A stretch of 64,000 nucleotides of DNA from Octopus bimaculoides. Its lineage: Eukaryota. The stretch is from contig NC_068982.1 in NCBI RefSeq assembly GCF_001194135.2, positions 189,064,047 through 189,128,046 of the forward strand, in the 5' to 3' direction. The position numbers and the translations under genes are program-made. The stretch's first letter is position 1. The number at the start of each line of letters is the position of its first letter. Positions 50,566 through 61,885 of the stretch are shown one piece after another. The notes beneath the pieces were generated by a model, which did no database searches, was not told where the DNA came from, and saw only the letters and a list, made by a program, of their open reading frames with translations.

Positions 50566-50893
50566 GTTGTGGCTGATGGCAGTACCGCCTGATTGGCACC
50601 TGTGCCGGTGGCGTGTAAAAAGCACCATTCGAGCGTGGTTGATGCCAGTGCTACCTGACTGGCTCCCATGCCGGTGGCACATAAAAAGCACCATTCGAGT
50701 GTGGTCGATGCCAGTGGCACGTAAAAAGCACCCACTACACTCTTGGAGAGGTTGGCATTAGGAAGGGCATCCAGCTGTAGAAACTCTGCCAAATCAGATT
50801 GGAGCCTGGTGCAGCTTTCTGGCTTGCCAGTCCTCAGTCAAACCATCCAACCCATGCCAGCATGGAAAGCGGACGTTAAACGACGACGATGAG
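50566..50893 (+). mobile_element. RTE-derived 3' UTR copy with 66-bp periodic units
   Basis: Units start at 50575, 50641 and 50707; tail ...CGGACGTTAAACGACGACGATG. Confidence 0.85.
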
Positions 50894-50924
50894 GATGTGT
50901 GAATGAATATACATAAATGGCACT

Positions 50925-51243
50925 CTGTCAGTTACAACAGAGTGTTCCAGTTGTTGCGATCAATGGAACAGCCTACTTGTGAAATTAATGTATAAGTGGT
51001 TGAGTACTCCACAGACATGCATTCCCTTAACGTAGTTCTCAGGGAGATTCAGCATGAAACAGAATGTGATAAGGCTGGCCCCTTTTGAATTACAGGTACA
51101 ACTCATTTTTGCCAGCTGAATGGACTGGAGCAACGTGAAATAAAGTGATTTGCTCAAGGGACACAATACACGACTGGGATTTGAACTTATGACCTAATGA
51201 TCATGAGCTACATACTCTAACCACTCGGCAACGCCCCTTCACT
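50925..51243 (-). mobile_element. tRNA-headed SINE family E
   Basis: GAGTGGTTAGAG...AGTTCAAATCCC...TTGAGCAAATCACTTTATTTCACGTTGCTCCAGTCCA. Confidence 0.78.
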
Positions 51244-52234
51244 GTAGATGCATACCACCACCACCACCATCATCATTTATTTTCTTGTATTCTGTATACA
51301 AAGATTCCACCAGCATATGTATGTGGTCACTTGTTTTATTGGTCTGGCCATTAATTATGGTCCACACTGAATAAATTTAATTGATTGCCGTAGCAATGAA
51401 AGAATGGTCAAGGAATAAAATGGTGAGCAACTGCAACTGGCTTTTGATTCCGTGTTCTAGCAATTTCTGCTTCACTGATGTCGGTAATGATTCTGGGTGG
51501 GTGAGCTATAACACCTATGTAGGTTCCTCTTTGAAGTTAGGAGGGGGAAATTAACCGATAATTGGATTGCATTAAATTATGAAAAATTAACTAATTGCGT
51601 CATGTGACCAAATGTATATTCACCACAAAAGTGTCTTTGTTCATTTGAGTCTTTCATCTCCAATTTTATATCGCTCTCAATCTTTGACTCTTTTAATGTG
51701 TTTGTACATGTGTATATATGTGTGTATGTATGTGTGTGTACAGTGTGACTGAATGGCTACTTTATAATGATGAAGTGACTGAGTGGTTATTTCATCATTA
51801 TAAGGTCTCTGATCTGACTTCACTGTGTGGTACCCATTGTAACTGTTGCCTTCTGTATGGGGTGTGGAGTCAGCCTGAGTCTACTGAGTCAACAGAAAGT
51901 TGTACAGATGTCTGTTACTTTGGAGAGAGAGTCTTTCCACACTGCGTATGAGGAGTCATCATCATCGTTTAATGTCCGTTTTCCATGCTGGCATGGGTTG
52001 GACGGTTCAATCGGGGTCTAGGAAGCCAGGAGGCTGCACCAGGTTCCAATCTGATCTGGCAGTGTTTCTACAGCTGGATGCCCTTCCTAATGCCAACCAC
52101 TCCGAGAGTGTAGTGGGTGCCTTTTACATGCCACCAGCACAGGGGCCAGAGGGGGCTGGCAATAGCCAAAATCAGTCGGTGCTTTTTATGTGCCACCGGC
52201 ACGGAAGCCAGTCAAGGTGGCGCTGAGAAATAAA

Positions 52235-52444
52235 TTGACCCTTTAGCATTTAAAATGGCCGAAATATTCTACTTGTTTTATGTTCAAACTGGTCAGATCT
52301 GACCTTTCACACCTATTCTACAATGTCATTCTAAAAATAATCACATCATTGAAACCTGATGCAATGGAGATAATGCATAATTAATTCAAAACAATGTGAA
52401 TAAATATCATATTTGACAGAGTAATTTGAATGCGAGAGGGTTAA
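52235..52444 (+). mobile_element. piggyBac-type MITE family 2
   Basis: TTGA|CCCTTTAGCATT...GAATGCGAGAGGG|TTAA; homologous to 30512-30733. Confidence 0.78.
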
Positions 52445-52999
52445 ATGCCTGTGGAATATGCAACCACTTTACACTGCAATCCAAATAATTCACTGAGTAA
52501 GTCAGCTGATCAAACAACTGAAATTTTGGTTTCAAGTTTTAGCACAAGGCCAGCAATTTCAGGGGAAGGTGCAAGTCAAATACATTGACACCAGTGTATA
52601 ACTGGTACTTATTTTATTGACCCTGAAAGGATGTAAAGCAGCTTACCTCAGTGAAATTTGAACTCTGAACCTCAAGATGAATGAAATTCTGCTAATGATT
52701 CTGCCTGGCTTTCGTCACCTTAAACTGAAATATTGATTGCTAATATCAACAAAAAAGCCAAAAGAACAAATGTGTGCGCTTTCTGTAGAACAAATGGTAA
52801 TCCTACCCACCTCCAAAGTCTGCTACCAAAATTTGATTCCTGATTCTAATTACTGCACATGTTCAATCCTGAAGCCATTCAAAGAACACGCAATTCTTTG
52901 ACACTTATTCCTTCTCCCCATCTTTGAAATTTTGGGTATTGGTACATGGATGGCTGTGTGGTTAAAACACTCATTTTGCAATATTGTGGCTTCAGTGCC

Positions 53000-53330
53000 A
53001 AAGTGTGGTCGATGCCAGTGCTGAATGACTGGTCCTGTACCAGTGGCACGTAAAAAGTACCATTCGAGCGTGGTCATTGCCAGTGGCACGTAAAAAGCAC
53101 CATTCAAGCATAGCTGATGCCAGTACCGCCTGACTGGCCCTCATGCCGGTGACACATAAAAAGCACCCACTACACTCGGAGTGGTGGGCGTTAGGAATGG
53201 CATCCAACTGTAGAAACTTTGCCAGGTCAGACTGGAGCCAGGTGTAACCTTCTGGCTTGCCAGCCCGCAGTCAAACCGTTCAACCCATACCAGCATGGAA
53301 AACAGACGTTAAATGATGATAATGATGATG
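53000..53330 (+). mobile_element. RTE-derived 3' UTR copy
   Basis: Repeat units plus tail motif. Confidence 0.75.
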
Positions 53331-54021
53331 AGGTTCTGTCCCAGCAAGCAGCACATGGGACAAGTGTCTTCTACAATGTCTCCAAGCCAATCAAAGCCTT
53401 TTGACCAAATTTGGTAGATGGAAATTGTGTGGATGTGTGTTTGTATGAATGTTTGCGTTTCTTCTGCTTGGCAACCAGTGTTGCTTTGCTTATGTCCCCA
53501 TAATTTAACAGTTCAGCAAGACAGACTAACAGGAAGGGCATCAGGTTGTAGAAACCTTCGCAATTCAAATCAGAACCTGGTGCAGTCTGGCCCCGGCTTA
53601 TTAGTTTTCAGTCAAACTGTCCAACCCATGCCAGCTTCGAAAGCGGATGTTAAATGATGTTGATGATGATGACCTGGGGTTAAACAACAACTCAGATAGC
53701 TGAGATGATGATAAAACAAGAGGAAAATAGAAAAAATGTCAAGAAATGTATATAAACAGTGTTTTATTGGGAGCTGAGAATTTATAAAGAAAACCTCTTT
53801 TGGTCAATGACAATGCCTGTTTGACGGAAGTTTGGAGGGAAGTTTCTCAACAGAATTCGATTTTATTAACTGCATCATTCTGCTGTCTGCTGCAAGACTA
53901 TTACAAAAATGCTTCTGTAAAAACTTGAACCAAATTTGGTGCCAATCAACGAAACTGTGAAAAGAAGAAATAAAGAAATATATTCAATAATAATGGATAT
54001 TAGCGTCAAAACTCTCATTAA

Positions 54022-54063
<42 letters not shown>

Positions 54064-54920
54064 AATAATTTCTATGTGTGATGTGAGAATATATTGAGGA
54101 ATATACATACACGGGTTTTAAAATACTGGACTTTGTACCTTTGACCTTTAAATTGTCAAACCAAGGAATTAAATGTAATAAAACCCCAAATAATTAAAAC
54201 TGCTGACACATTCTGTGCCCACCTCATAAAAGGAACAAAGTTACAAAGTATTACATGAATAAATTCTAAACAATAACATAACCCCAAACTTAATCAATAA
54301 AAATTTCTCCAAAGCACCTCTCCATAACAATCCACCCTACAACCTAATTACCATTCCACTCAAACCTCACACCCAAGGAAGAATTTAACTCAATGGAGAC
54401 TATATAAAGCTAAGATTAACTTCAATGATTTGCAGTTTGAAGATGGCTTAACTGACCAAAACTCTGAAGTCACTGTCAACAACATTCTTACTTAAATCAG
54501 CTTAATGTAGAATTGTTTTTATCATAACTGAACATTAAAAAACATTAACACACACACATGGCTGTGTGACATCTTGGGCAAGTGTCAGCCCCGAGATGAC
54601 CAAGGCCTTGTTAGTAGATTTGATAGACGGAAATTGAAAGAAGCCCATTGTATATATATGTGTGTGTGACCTTCTCTTTGTCCTGGCATCATGTGATGGT
54701 TGTGAATGAGCATCATTGCCATACAAATGATGCTCATTTGTTTCCAGCTTCTGCAAAAAGCATATCCCATTGTGGGGCAAATCTAACCTTACTTGGAAAC
54801 ACGTGAGGGTTGGTAAGAGGAAAGGCATCTGACGAGGGTAAAGCTGCCTCAACAAGTTCCATTTGATGCATCCAAGCACAGAAAAGTGGGCATTAAATCA
54901 ATGATGATGATGATGCAGTA

Positions 54921-55386
54921 CAGTGGTTCCCAACAGGGGTTATCACCAACCCTTCTATTTAAATGAGTTTCCCCACAGACCCATTTTAATGCTTATCCTT
55001 GTGTGTGTGTGTGTGTGTGTGTATCTATCTTTCTATCACTCTCTCTCTCTCTCTCTATTTATCTATCCATCCATCCATATATATATATATATATGAATAT
55101 ACATGCATATATATATATATATATATATGAGTAGTTGGCGTTAGGAAGGGCATCCAGCTGTAGAAACTCTGCCAAATTAGACTGGAGCCTGGTGTTGCCA
55201 TCCGGTTTCACCAGTCCTCAGTCAAATCGTCCAACCCATGCTAGCATGGAAAGCGGACGTTAAACGATGATGATGATGATGATGATATATATATATATAT
55301 ATGAAATTTTGAATTCAGTTCATGGACCCCCAGTACTACTTTAGCAAACCAGCAGGGGTTTGAAGACCCCAGGTTGGGAACCACTG
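54921..55386. mobile_element. hAT MITE with nested RTE tail and microsatellites
   Basis: TIRs CAGTGGTTCCCAAC/GTTGGGAACCACTG; decayed TSD ATGCAGTA/ATGTAGTT. Confidence 0.78.
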
Positions 55387-56471
55387 ATGTAGTTTGTTAC
55401 CAAGGTGATCTAATTTGCAATAGAAGATGCAATGATGTTTCAAAAACCAGTAAAAGAACAAAAGTGAGAGAAAGTTTGAGGAGTTTTTTTTACCTCAGCT
55501 GGCAACAAAGAGTTTCTCTGAGTGAAAGGACAGTAATATGGCGCTTGTGGACGAAGTGTGCGTGAAACATGGGCATTGGATGCTGAGGTAGATAGAGCAA
55601 AGGCTGGAAAGAAATGAAGCAGATATACTTCAATGAGTGTGTGGTGTGTAGTGAGAAGAAAGGACGCATGAGATGGGAGAAAGAAAAAGACACAGGTGTA
55701 GTGTGGCAAGATGCTTGCTTCTCAACCACATGGTTCCAGGTTCAGTCCTACTGCACGGCACCTTGGGCACGTGTCTTCTACTATAGCCCTAGACCAACCA
55801 AAGCCTTGAGTGGATTTGGTGGATGGAAATTGAAAGAAGCTTATGTGTGTGTGTAAAGTACTATTCGAGTGTGGATGATGCCAGTGCTGCCTGACTGGCT
55901 CCTGTGCTGGTGGCACGCAAAAAGCACCATTTGAGCATGGCTGATGCCTGTGCTGGTGGCACATAAAAAGCATTATCCAAGCGTAGACGTTAAACAATGA
56001 TGATGATATATATAGAGTAAAGAAATAAATGGGCTAATTATCCCCTTATACAGCACAACTAATTAGCGCTCCAATAGAACCTCACGAATATAAAACCAAG
56101 AAAGAGAGAACAAATTTCAAAGGTCAGAGTTCATCTTCACTCAATATATTTCAAAGCATTGGAATACTCCACAACATAAATAGGTGCATTCATATACACA
56201 AGACATAATATATAAATTTACATAAATGTACTTGTATGTCCGTATTAAAATCAATGAGGATGTTAAAATATGTGGATGGTGAATGTATAGTGGTAATCCA
56301 AATAGATGAGAAAGTTGGTATAAAATGATTTCAAAAGGAATCTTGAGCAAGTGCAAAGTCTGTCGGTCATTTTGAGAGAAATATCGATGGTTGTTATGGT
56401 TAGAATTAACTCACCCATTTGTTGTCTCTTTCTTGGTTTATATATATTATATATATATATATATATATACA

Positions 56472-56502
<31 letters not shown>

Positions 56503-56534
56503 GTGTGTATATATATATATATATNNNNNNNNNN

Positions 56535-56591
<57 letters not shown>

Positions 56592-56991
56592 CTAGGCGTA
56601 TATATAAAATTTAATATAAACAGCAAGGCACAATATAATATGATAAAGGAAAAATTTTCATCATCACTACTTGTGACTGAGGGTGGCAAAGCACCTATTT
56701 TGTAAGAAATGAGTTAAAAACTCCTGACGCTGGAAGAAGTAGGCAACATATAACAGGGGAGATAACTGCCCCATGAGTGTCTCAGATCACAAGATTAGAC
56801 TAGCTCCACCTATCAGTCATAGGCTTGTCAATAGTTATGACTCCCTTGTTTGAAAATATCTCAGATTCACACACTTATTGCACCAGTCCTTCAGTTTTTC
56901 TAATCCCTGTAAAAGAACTTGGAAGGTTGGGCCTCCAAGCAGGCCTTTCACAATACCCTTAAAGCCAGGAAGTTTTTAGCACCCCTTTGGA

Positions 56992-57023
<32 letters not shown>

Positions 57024-57324
57024 GTTGAAATTTACAGAAAAACAAAAGACGAAGACAGGTGTATAAACAAACAGGTGCACTAGTTTGACACTTGGGAAGG
57101 TGAGAAAGTCTTTATATATATATATATATTGCTTGCTTTTATTTCTTGCAATATAGATGCTTCAGCCCCCTCAGTCACAATTAGTGATGATGAAAACTTT
57201 TCCTATATACATACATATATATTATATTTTAGTCAGTAGACTGGCCATGCTGGGGGCCTACGCTCTTCAACAGAAAGAAACATGAAGAAATAAACAGAGA
57301 GAGAATAAAAAAAACTTTTGGGAA

Positions 57325-57850
57325 CTAGTGGGCAATCATGGCATATGAATCCAGTATGTTCTGCTGGACGGGTAAAGTCAGTGTGCATATAGGACAGAGT
57401 CTAAGTGATTTGAGAGAAGAACTGGGTATACAAAGAATCTGATGTAGCATGCAAGAGAAAAGACGGTGCTGGTGTGGCCATGTGATGCATATAAATGAAG
57501 ACAGTTTTATCAAGAAATGCTGATCTCTAAATGTGGAAGGGGTAGACTCAGAAAGATATGGAATGAAGTGGTGAAATGGGGCCTCACAGAGGACAGGGGA
57601 CCAAGACTCCTGGCAGTTTGTGGGGCTTGAGAAGAAATGTCAAGTAAAGTAAAATTGGGGTTGTCCTCACATACAGGTGTGTCCACTACATCCCTCTTCA
57701 GCTGAGCATTCCTAATCTTGTGGGCTCTTGTTTGCTGGTGCCATGTAAAAAGCACCCATGCTGGTACTGGGTAGAAACACCCAGTATACTCTGTAAAGTG
57801 GTTGGCATTAGGAACCATGCCAAAACAAACATGGAGCCCAGGATTGGCAA
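57325..57850 (+). mobile_element. Decayed RTE LINE 3' end
   Basis: Homologous to the RTE C-terminus (CTGGTGTGGCCATGTG, AATGAAGACAG, AAGAAATGC), followed by the AAAAAGCACC and GTGGTTGGCATTAGG tail motifs. Confidence 0.65.
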
Positions 57851-58111
57851 AATAGACTGATAGAATAAACACCAGGCCAAAACCAAAAGTAAGTCCTGGG
57901 GGTTGGTTCATTTGACTAGAAATTCTTCAAGGTGGTGCCCCAGCATGGCCGTGATCTTAATGAATGAAACAAGTAAAAGATAAAAGATATATACTGGATT
58001 TTCTAGACAATAGTGTTATAAGTTCTATATATTCCATGGGGCAATCAAAGCGTTTATGATGGTAAAGAGTGATATAAGAATATCAATTTCACTCGGGTGG
58101 AACAAATATTC

Positions 58112-58322
58112 ATTTACTTGTTTCAGTCATGACTGCGGCCATGCTAGAGCACTGCCTTTAGTTGAACAAACTGACTCCAGCACTTATTCTTTGTAAGCCT
58201 TGTACTTATTCTATCAGTCTCTTTTGCTGAATCGCTAGGTTATGGGGGCGTAAACACACCAACATTGGTTGCCAAGCGATGGTGAGGGAACAAGCATAGA
58301 CACACAGAGAAATATATACATA

Positions 58323-58380
<58 letters not shown>

Positions 58381-58540
58381 CGACGGGCTTCCTTCAGTTT
58401 CCATCTACCAAATTCACTCACATGACTCTGGTCCGCCTGACACTTTACTAGAAGACATTTACTCAAGGTGCTACGCAGTGGGACTGAACCCGGAACCATC
58501 TGGTTGGGAAGCAAGCTTCTTACCACATAGCTACGCTGCA
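58112..58540 (-). mobile_element. SINE family A, full length
   Basis: As above. Further partial copies lie near 12196, 18525, 25440, 34390, 36055, 45410, 53350, 54557, 55715 and 62190. Confidence 0.82.
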
Positions 58541-58944
58541 CATATCATATAAGAAAGTTTTGTTTGAAAGCACCAGTTGGTTATTCTTTTCGCACTTACA
58601 CACAGGACAGGCCTTCACGGATCGTTTACCAAATTCACTCTAAAAGCAATGGGAAAACCGAAGTTACAATAGAACATGGACGGACCAAGCTGTCGACTAT
58701 TGACATTGAACCTGAACTCACGTGGTTGCTAAGGCAACTTTTCCGCTGACCACACGGCTATATAAACACTTATTTTCTTTTATTATTCACATTGATTGAA
58801 GTTCTGCTCAATCAGGATTGACCTGAAAGTTACATAGAACTTTCGTTTGATAAATTATCACCGTTCAACAATAATCTCGTGTGTAGATTCCTTATACATT
58901 TTAACTCATCATCATTATTATTATTATTAGTAGTAGTAGTAGTT

Positions 58945-59130
58945 AAGGCGGGAGCAGGTAGAATCGTTAGCGCATCGAACAAAATGTTTAGCGGTATTTC
59001 TTCCTACTTTGTACGTTCTGACCTGAAATCTCGCCGAGGTCAACTTTGCGCTTCATCGTTAGCGGTTGATGTAATCGATTAACTCACTACCCCTAAAATT
59101 GCTGGCCTTGTTACAAAATTTAAAACATCA
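58945..59130 (+). mobile_element. SINE family C (tail 2), diverged
   Basis: GGCAGAATCGTTAGC-like head, TCGCCGAGGTCAACTTTGC and CCCCTAAAATTGCTGGCCTTG tail. Confidence 0.7.
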
Positions 59131-59202
59131 TTATTATTATTATTATAATTGATATTCCTTTAAAAGAATAAATATATAAGCGAAAGTACAATTTATTTCA
59201 AG

Positions 59203-59387
59203 AGCACATGGATATAATACCTGGCAACGGTGGAGCCTGTATGTGGTCACTAAATCTACAAGAAATAAAGAGTCCGTCTCGAATCACATACTACATTCTC
59301 AAATAAGGAAAGGACACACCACAAAAAGACGGGATGGTCACAGCTAAAATGTCCATGGTCATAGGTGTGCTCGGGGTTAAACAACAT
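59203..59387 (+). mobile_element. Interspersed repeat family G (SINE-like, (AAC)n tail)
   Basis: GGAGCCTGTATGTGGTCA...AGAAATA...GACGGGATGGTCACAGCT...GGGGTTAAACAAC. Related pieces lie at 30848-30890 plus 31197-31325, 33676-33838, 36900-36965 and 60765-60950. Confidence 0.6.
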
Positions 59388-59803
59388 TAACAAGGAATAA
59401 TTCGTTGAACTATTATTTAATTTCTTTCATAAACTAATCAAGCAAATATGTGAAATAACATTTAAAACACATTAAATCATATTTTATGAAATACTGGGGG
59501 TGGGTGTATGAGATATTTATACAAGAGAGGCAGGTTTCGTTTAGTAAATATATTTAAAAATATCAAAAGTTAATATATAATTGAATGAAAATATAAAATA
59601 CCTAAGAATCATCAGGTTTTAAGTTTTAAGTGTCTAATCCCGAAAATAGAGAGAGATTAATTAAAAGACACAACTTCTTATATTTATTTTTGTTCAGCTT
59701 CCTTTTAACAGCTCCATATAACAATGTATATACATATATATATATCATTAATATTATTATTATTATTATTTACATATTCCTTGCTAAACCCCAAAAGCCG
59801 TCA

Positions 59804-60184
59804 TCAAGATTCCGAAGGTGGTTCTTTTACTTGTTGTGTGTCCTTCTGAGTTTCCAAATCAATTCTTTCTTTGGCTCGATAAACTTTCGACTGTATGTAG
59901 AAAGAACCACCCTTTTGCTTGTCGTTGACATCAAATAAGTGTTTGAAGTTCTTATTTACTTTTTCCAAGTCCTCCAAATCCGTGACATTGAGGATAGTTT
60001 TGGCTTCGGCCAAAGTAATCCCCGTCACATTGTCGTCGGCAGCGCGACGGGTCCCTCTTCGTCCGCCGCCAGATCTCTGAGCATTTTGTTGACTAGTCCT
60101 CAATTCCTGGCGTAAAGCAGCCGTAAAGGCCCGTCCCACGATCTGGGCTCCAGCCACAATGATTTGTGCAAGATACTTGGCCAT
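59804..60184 (-). CDS. PAM16: Mitochondrial import motor J-like co-chaperone PAM16/Tim16 (Magmas), 126 aa, single exon
   Basis: Translation MAKYLAQIIVAGAQIVGRAF...ILNV...LFDVNDKQKGGSFYIQSKVYRAKERID matches the Pam16 family N-terminus and the GGSFYxQSKV.RAKER signature. The ORF is uninterrupted, ends in tandem TGA TGA, and has an AATAAA on the minus strand at 59683-59688. Confidence 0.96.
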   Translation of the reverse strand: MAKYLAQIIVAGAQIVGRAFTAALRQELRTSQQNAQRSGGGRRGTRRAADDNVTGITLAEAKTILNVTDLEDLEKVNKNFKHLFDVNDKQKGGSFYIQSKVYRAKERIDLETQKDTQQVKEPPSES

Positions 60185-60400
60185 GGACCGTTGTTATGTT
60201 CGGGTTACAACACCAAATTACAATTATTGAGGCAGCATGTCGTGTCCTTCACAAGTAGCTTCCGGTTGAGGTTCCAGGGAAATAACTTCAACACGAAAAA
60301 GACCGGTTCTTATAAAATGGTCGAAACGAAACTGGTTTCTTGGCTGAGCAGGGTAAACCAGTTTCGTTTCGGAAATTGAAATGGTAACCATAATATTGTA
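60185..60400 (-). promoter_or_regulatory. Probable PAM16 5' UTR/promoter with ETS/GABP-type CCGGAAG motif and 17-bp palindrome
   Basis: CpG-rich unique DNA directly upstream of the ATG; CTTCCGG at 60259-60265; inverted repeat at 60322-60371. Promoter function is inferred. Confidence 0.45.
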
Positions 60401-60977
60401 CCTGCTAGAAATAGCAACGAATGTTTTTCTCAAAATCACAGCTATCTTAAACACAGACACACACACACACACACATCAAGCAATGTAGCCTAACTTATAA
60501 AAAGACAAGATGGTCATATATGGAAAACCCTTGCTTACAGACCGTTTATCTATCATAACCTCAGTTATATTTACGAGTTTTCATAGAAATATACGAGACT
60601 TTAGAGTACACAAGTCCTCAATTGTCTGGTCTCTATCACAGAAGGTCGTATTTGAGGTCAAGGAGTGAGGCTTTGCGGAAAGAAAAATGATTTCCTTTCG
60701 TGCCCCCATGAACTATTTAGCGTACGATTGAAGAATAAATGCACCTTTGGTTTTTAGGTCATTGGTCTATGTGGTCACTAGAGCTGCTAGTAATAGCAGC
60801 CATATAACTCAGAAAATCACATCATTAGAGAGAAAAAAATTATGGTGACATTGGATAATGTAGGTCGAGGTACATCTTGCTGGTAAAAAGGATTGATTGG
60901 AAGGTCGTTAATTATGTACCTACTCAATCAAGGCATACTCGGGAATTAAACGATCTAATGGAAGCTGTTTTTTTTAG

Positions 60978-60987
60978 ACCGGAAGTG
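60978..60987 (+). promoter_or_regulatory. Consensus ETS/GABP site ACCGGAAGTG
   Basis: Exact consensus 10-mer about 800 bp upstream of the PAM16 ATG; could be chance. Confidence 0.25.
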
Positions 60988-61472
60988 AATTTTTAAAAAT
61001 GATACCCCTAGTTGCAGATATGGCTTTGTGCTTAAGAAACTTGCTTTCCAACCACATGGTTCAGGGTTCAGTCCCACTGTGTGGCACCCTGGTGGAAAAG
61101 GAGAGGGGTGAAGAGAGGAGAGAGGGAGAGAGAGAGAGAAGAGGGAGAGAAAGAAGATGAAGATATGTTGGGGCACAAGTTAAAGGGGAGAGTATATAGG
61201 TGTAGTAATACAGGGGATTGAATAGGGTGAATGGGTGGGTAAGTTTGCAAGAGTGTGAAAAGAGGGTCCAAAATGGTTGGGAAGGGAATGTGGATGAAAG
61301 GAGTGAGGTTCGGAAGATGAGTTGCAGGGTAGTGGGAAGGGATTCAGCAGGAACAGGTTGTGGTGCAGGTAAGTTTGTGAGGGTGCAAAAAAAAATGGGA
61401 GATAGAGGGGAGGGGAATGCAGTGAGTGGTGGACATGAGAAGTGGGAGGGGCATTAGGGGAGAGGAGTATAT

Positions 61473-61695
61473 ATTTCCTTATTGCTCACAAGGGGCTAAA
61501 CATAGAGGGGACAAACAAGGACAGACAAAGGGATTAAGTCAATTACATTGACCCCAGAGCATAACTAGTACTTATTTAATAGACCCCCGAAAGAATGAAA
61601 GGCAAAGTCGACCGCGGCAGAATTTGAACTCAGAACATAATGGCAGATGAAATACCATTAAGCATTTCGCCCAGCGTGTTAACGATTCTGCTAGA
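61473..61695 (-). mobile_element. SINE family C (tail 1)
   Basis: Reverse complement of the 8989-9160 type. Confidence 0.82.
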
Positions 61696-61749
61696 GGAGT
61701 ATAGACTCGAGAAACACACCTTTAGGGCCTCCTTTTTACTTACTAGACG

Positions 61750-61885
61750 GGTCTTCCCAAGCACAGCAAATCACCAATGACCTCAATCTTTTGTCATCTT
61801 CTCTATGAAGCTCAACATCTGAAGGTCATTTCCTACCAGTTTGCCCTGCATCTTTTGGGTTTACCTCATCCACAACCAAGAGGTT
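61750..61885 (-). mobile_element. Decayed RTE C-terminal fragment
   Basis: Aligns by eye to 3135-3260 (GGTCTTC...GCACAGCA...GAAGGTCAT...GGGT.TACCTC). Confidence 0.55.

Noticed and set aside
50641-50706. Resemblance of the repeat unit to pistol/twister ribozymes
   Set aside because: Only superficial (hairpin followed by an A-rich linker); the required pseudoknot pairings are not found.
57255-57290. Minus-strand TCTTT-CTGTTGA-A-GAGC-GTAG-GC, half of a hammerhead-like motif
   Set aside because: The core deviates (CTGTTGA) and the GAAA half is absent because of an adjacent insertion; it cannot be supported from this window.
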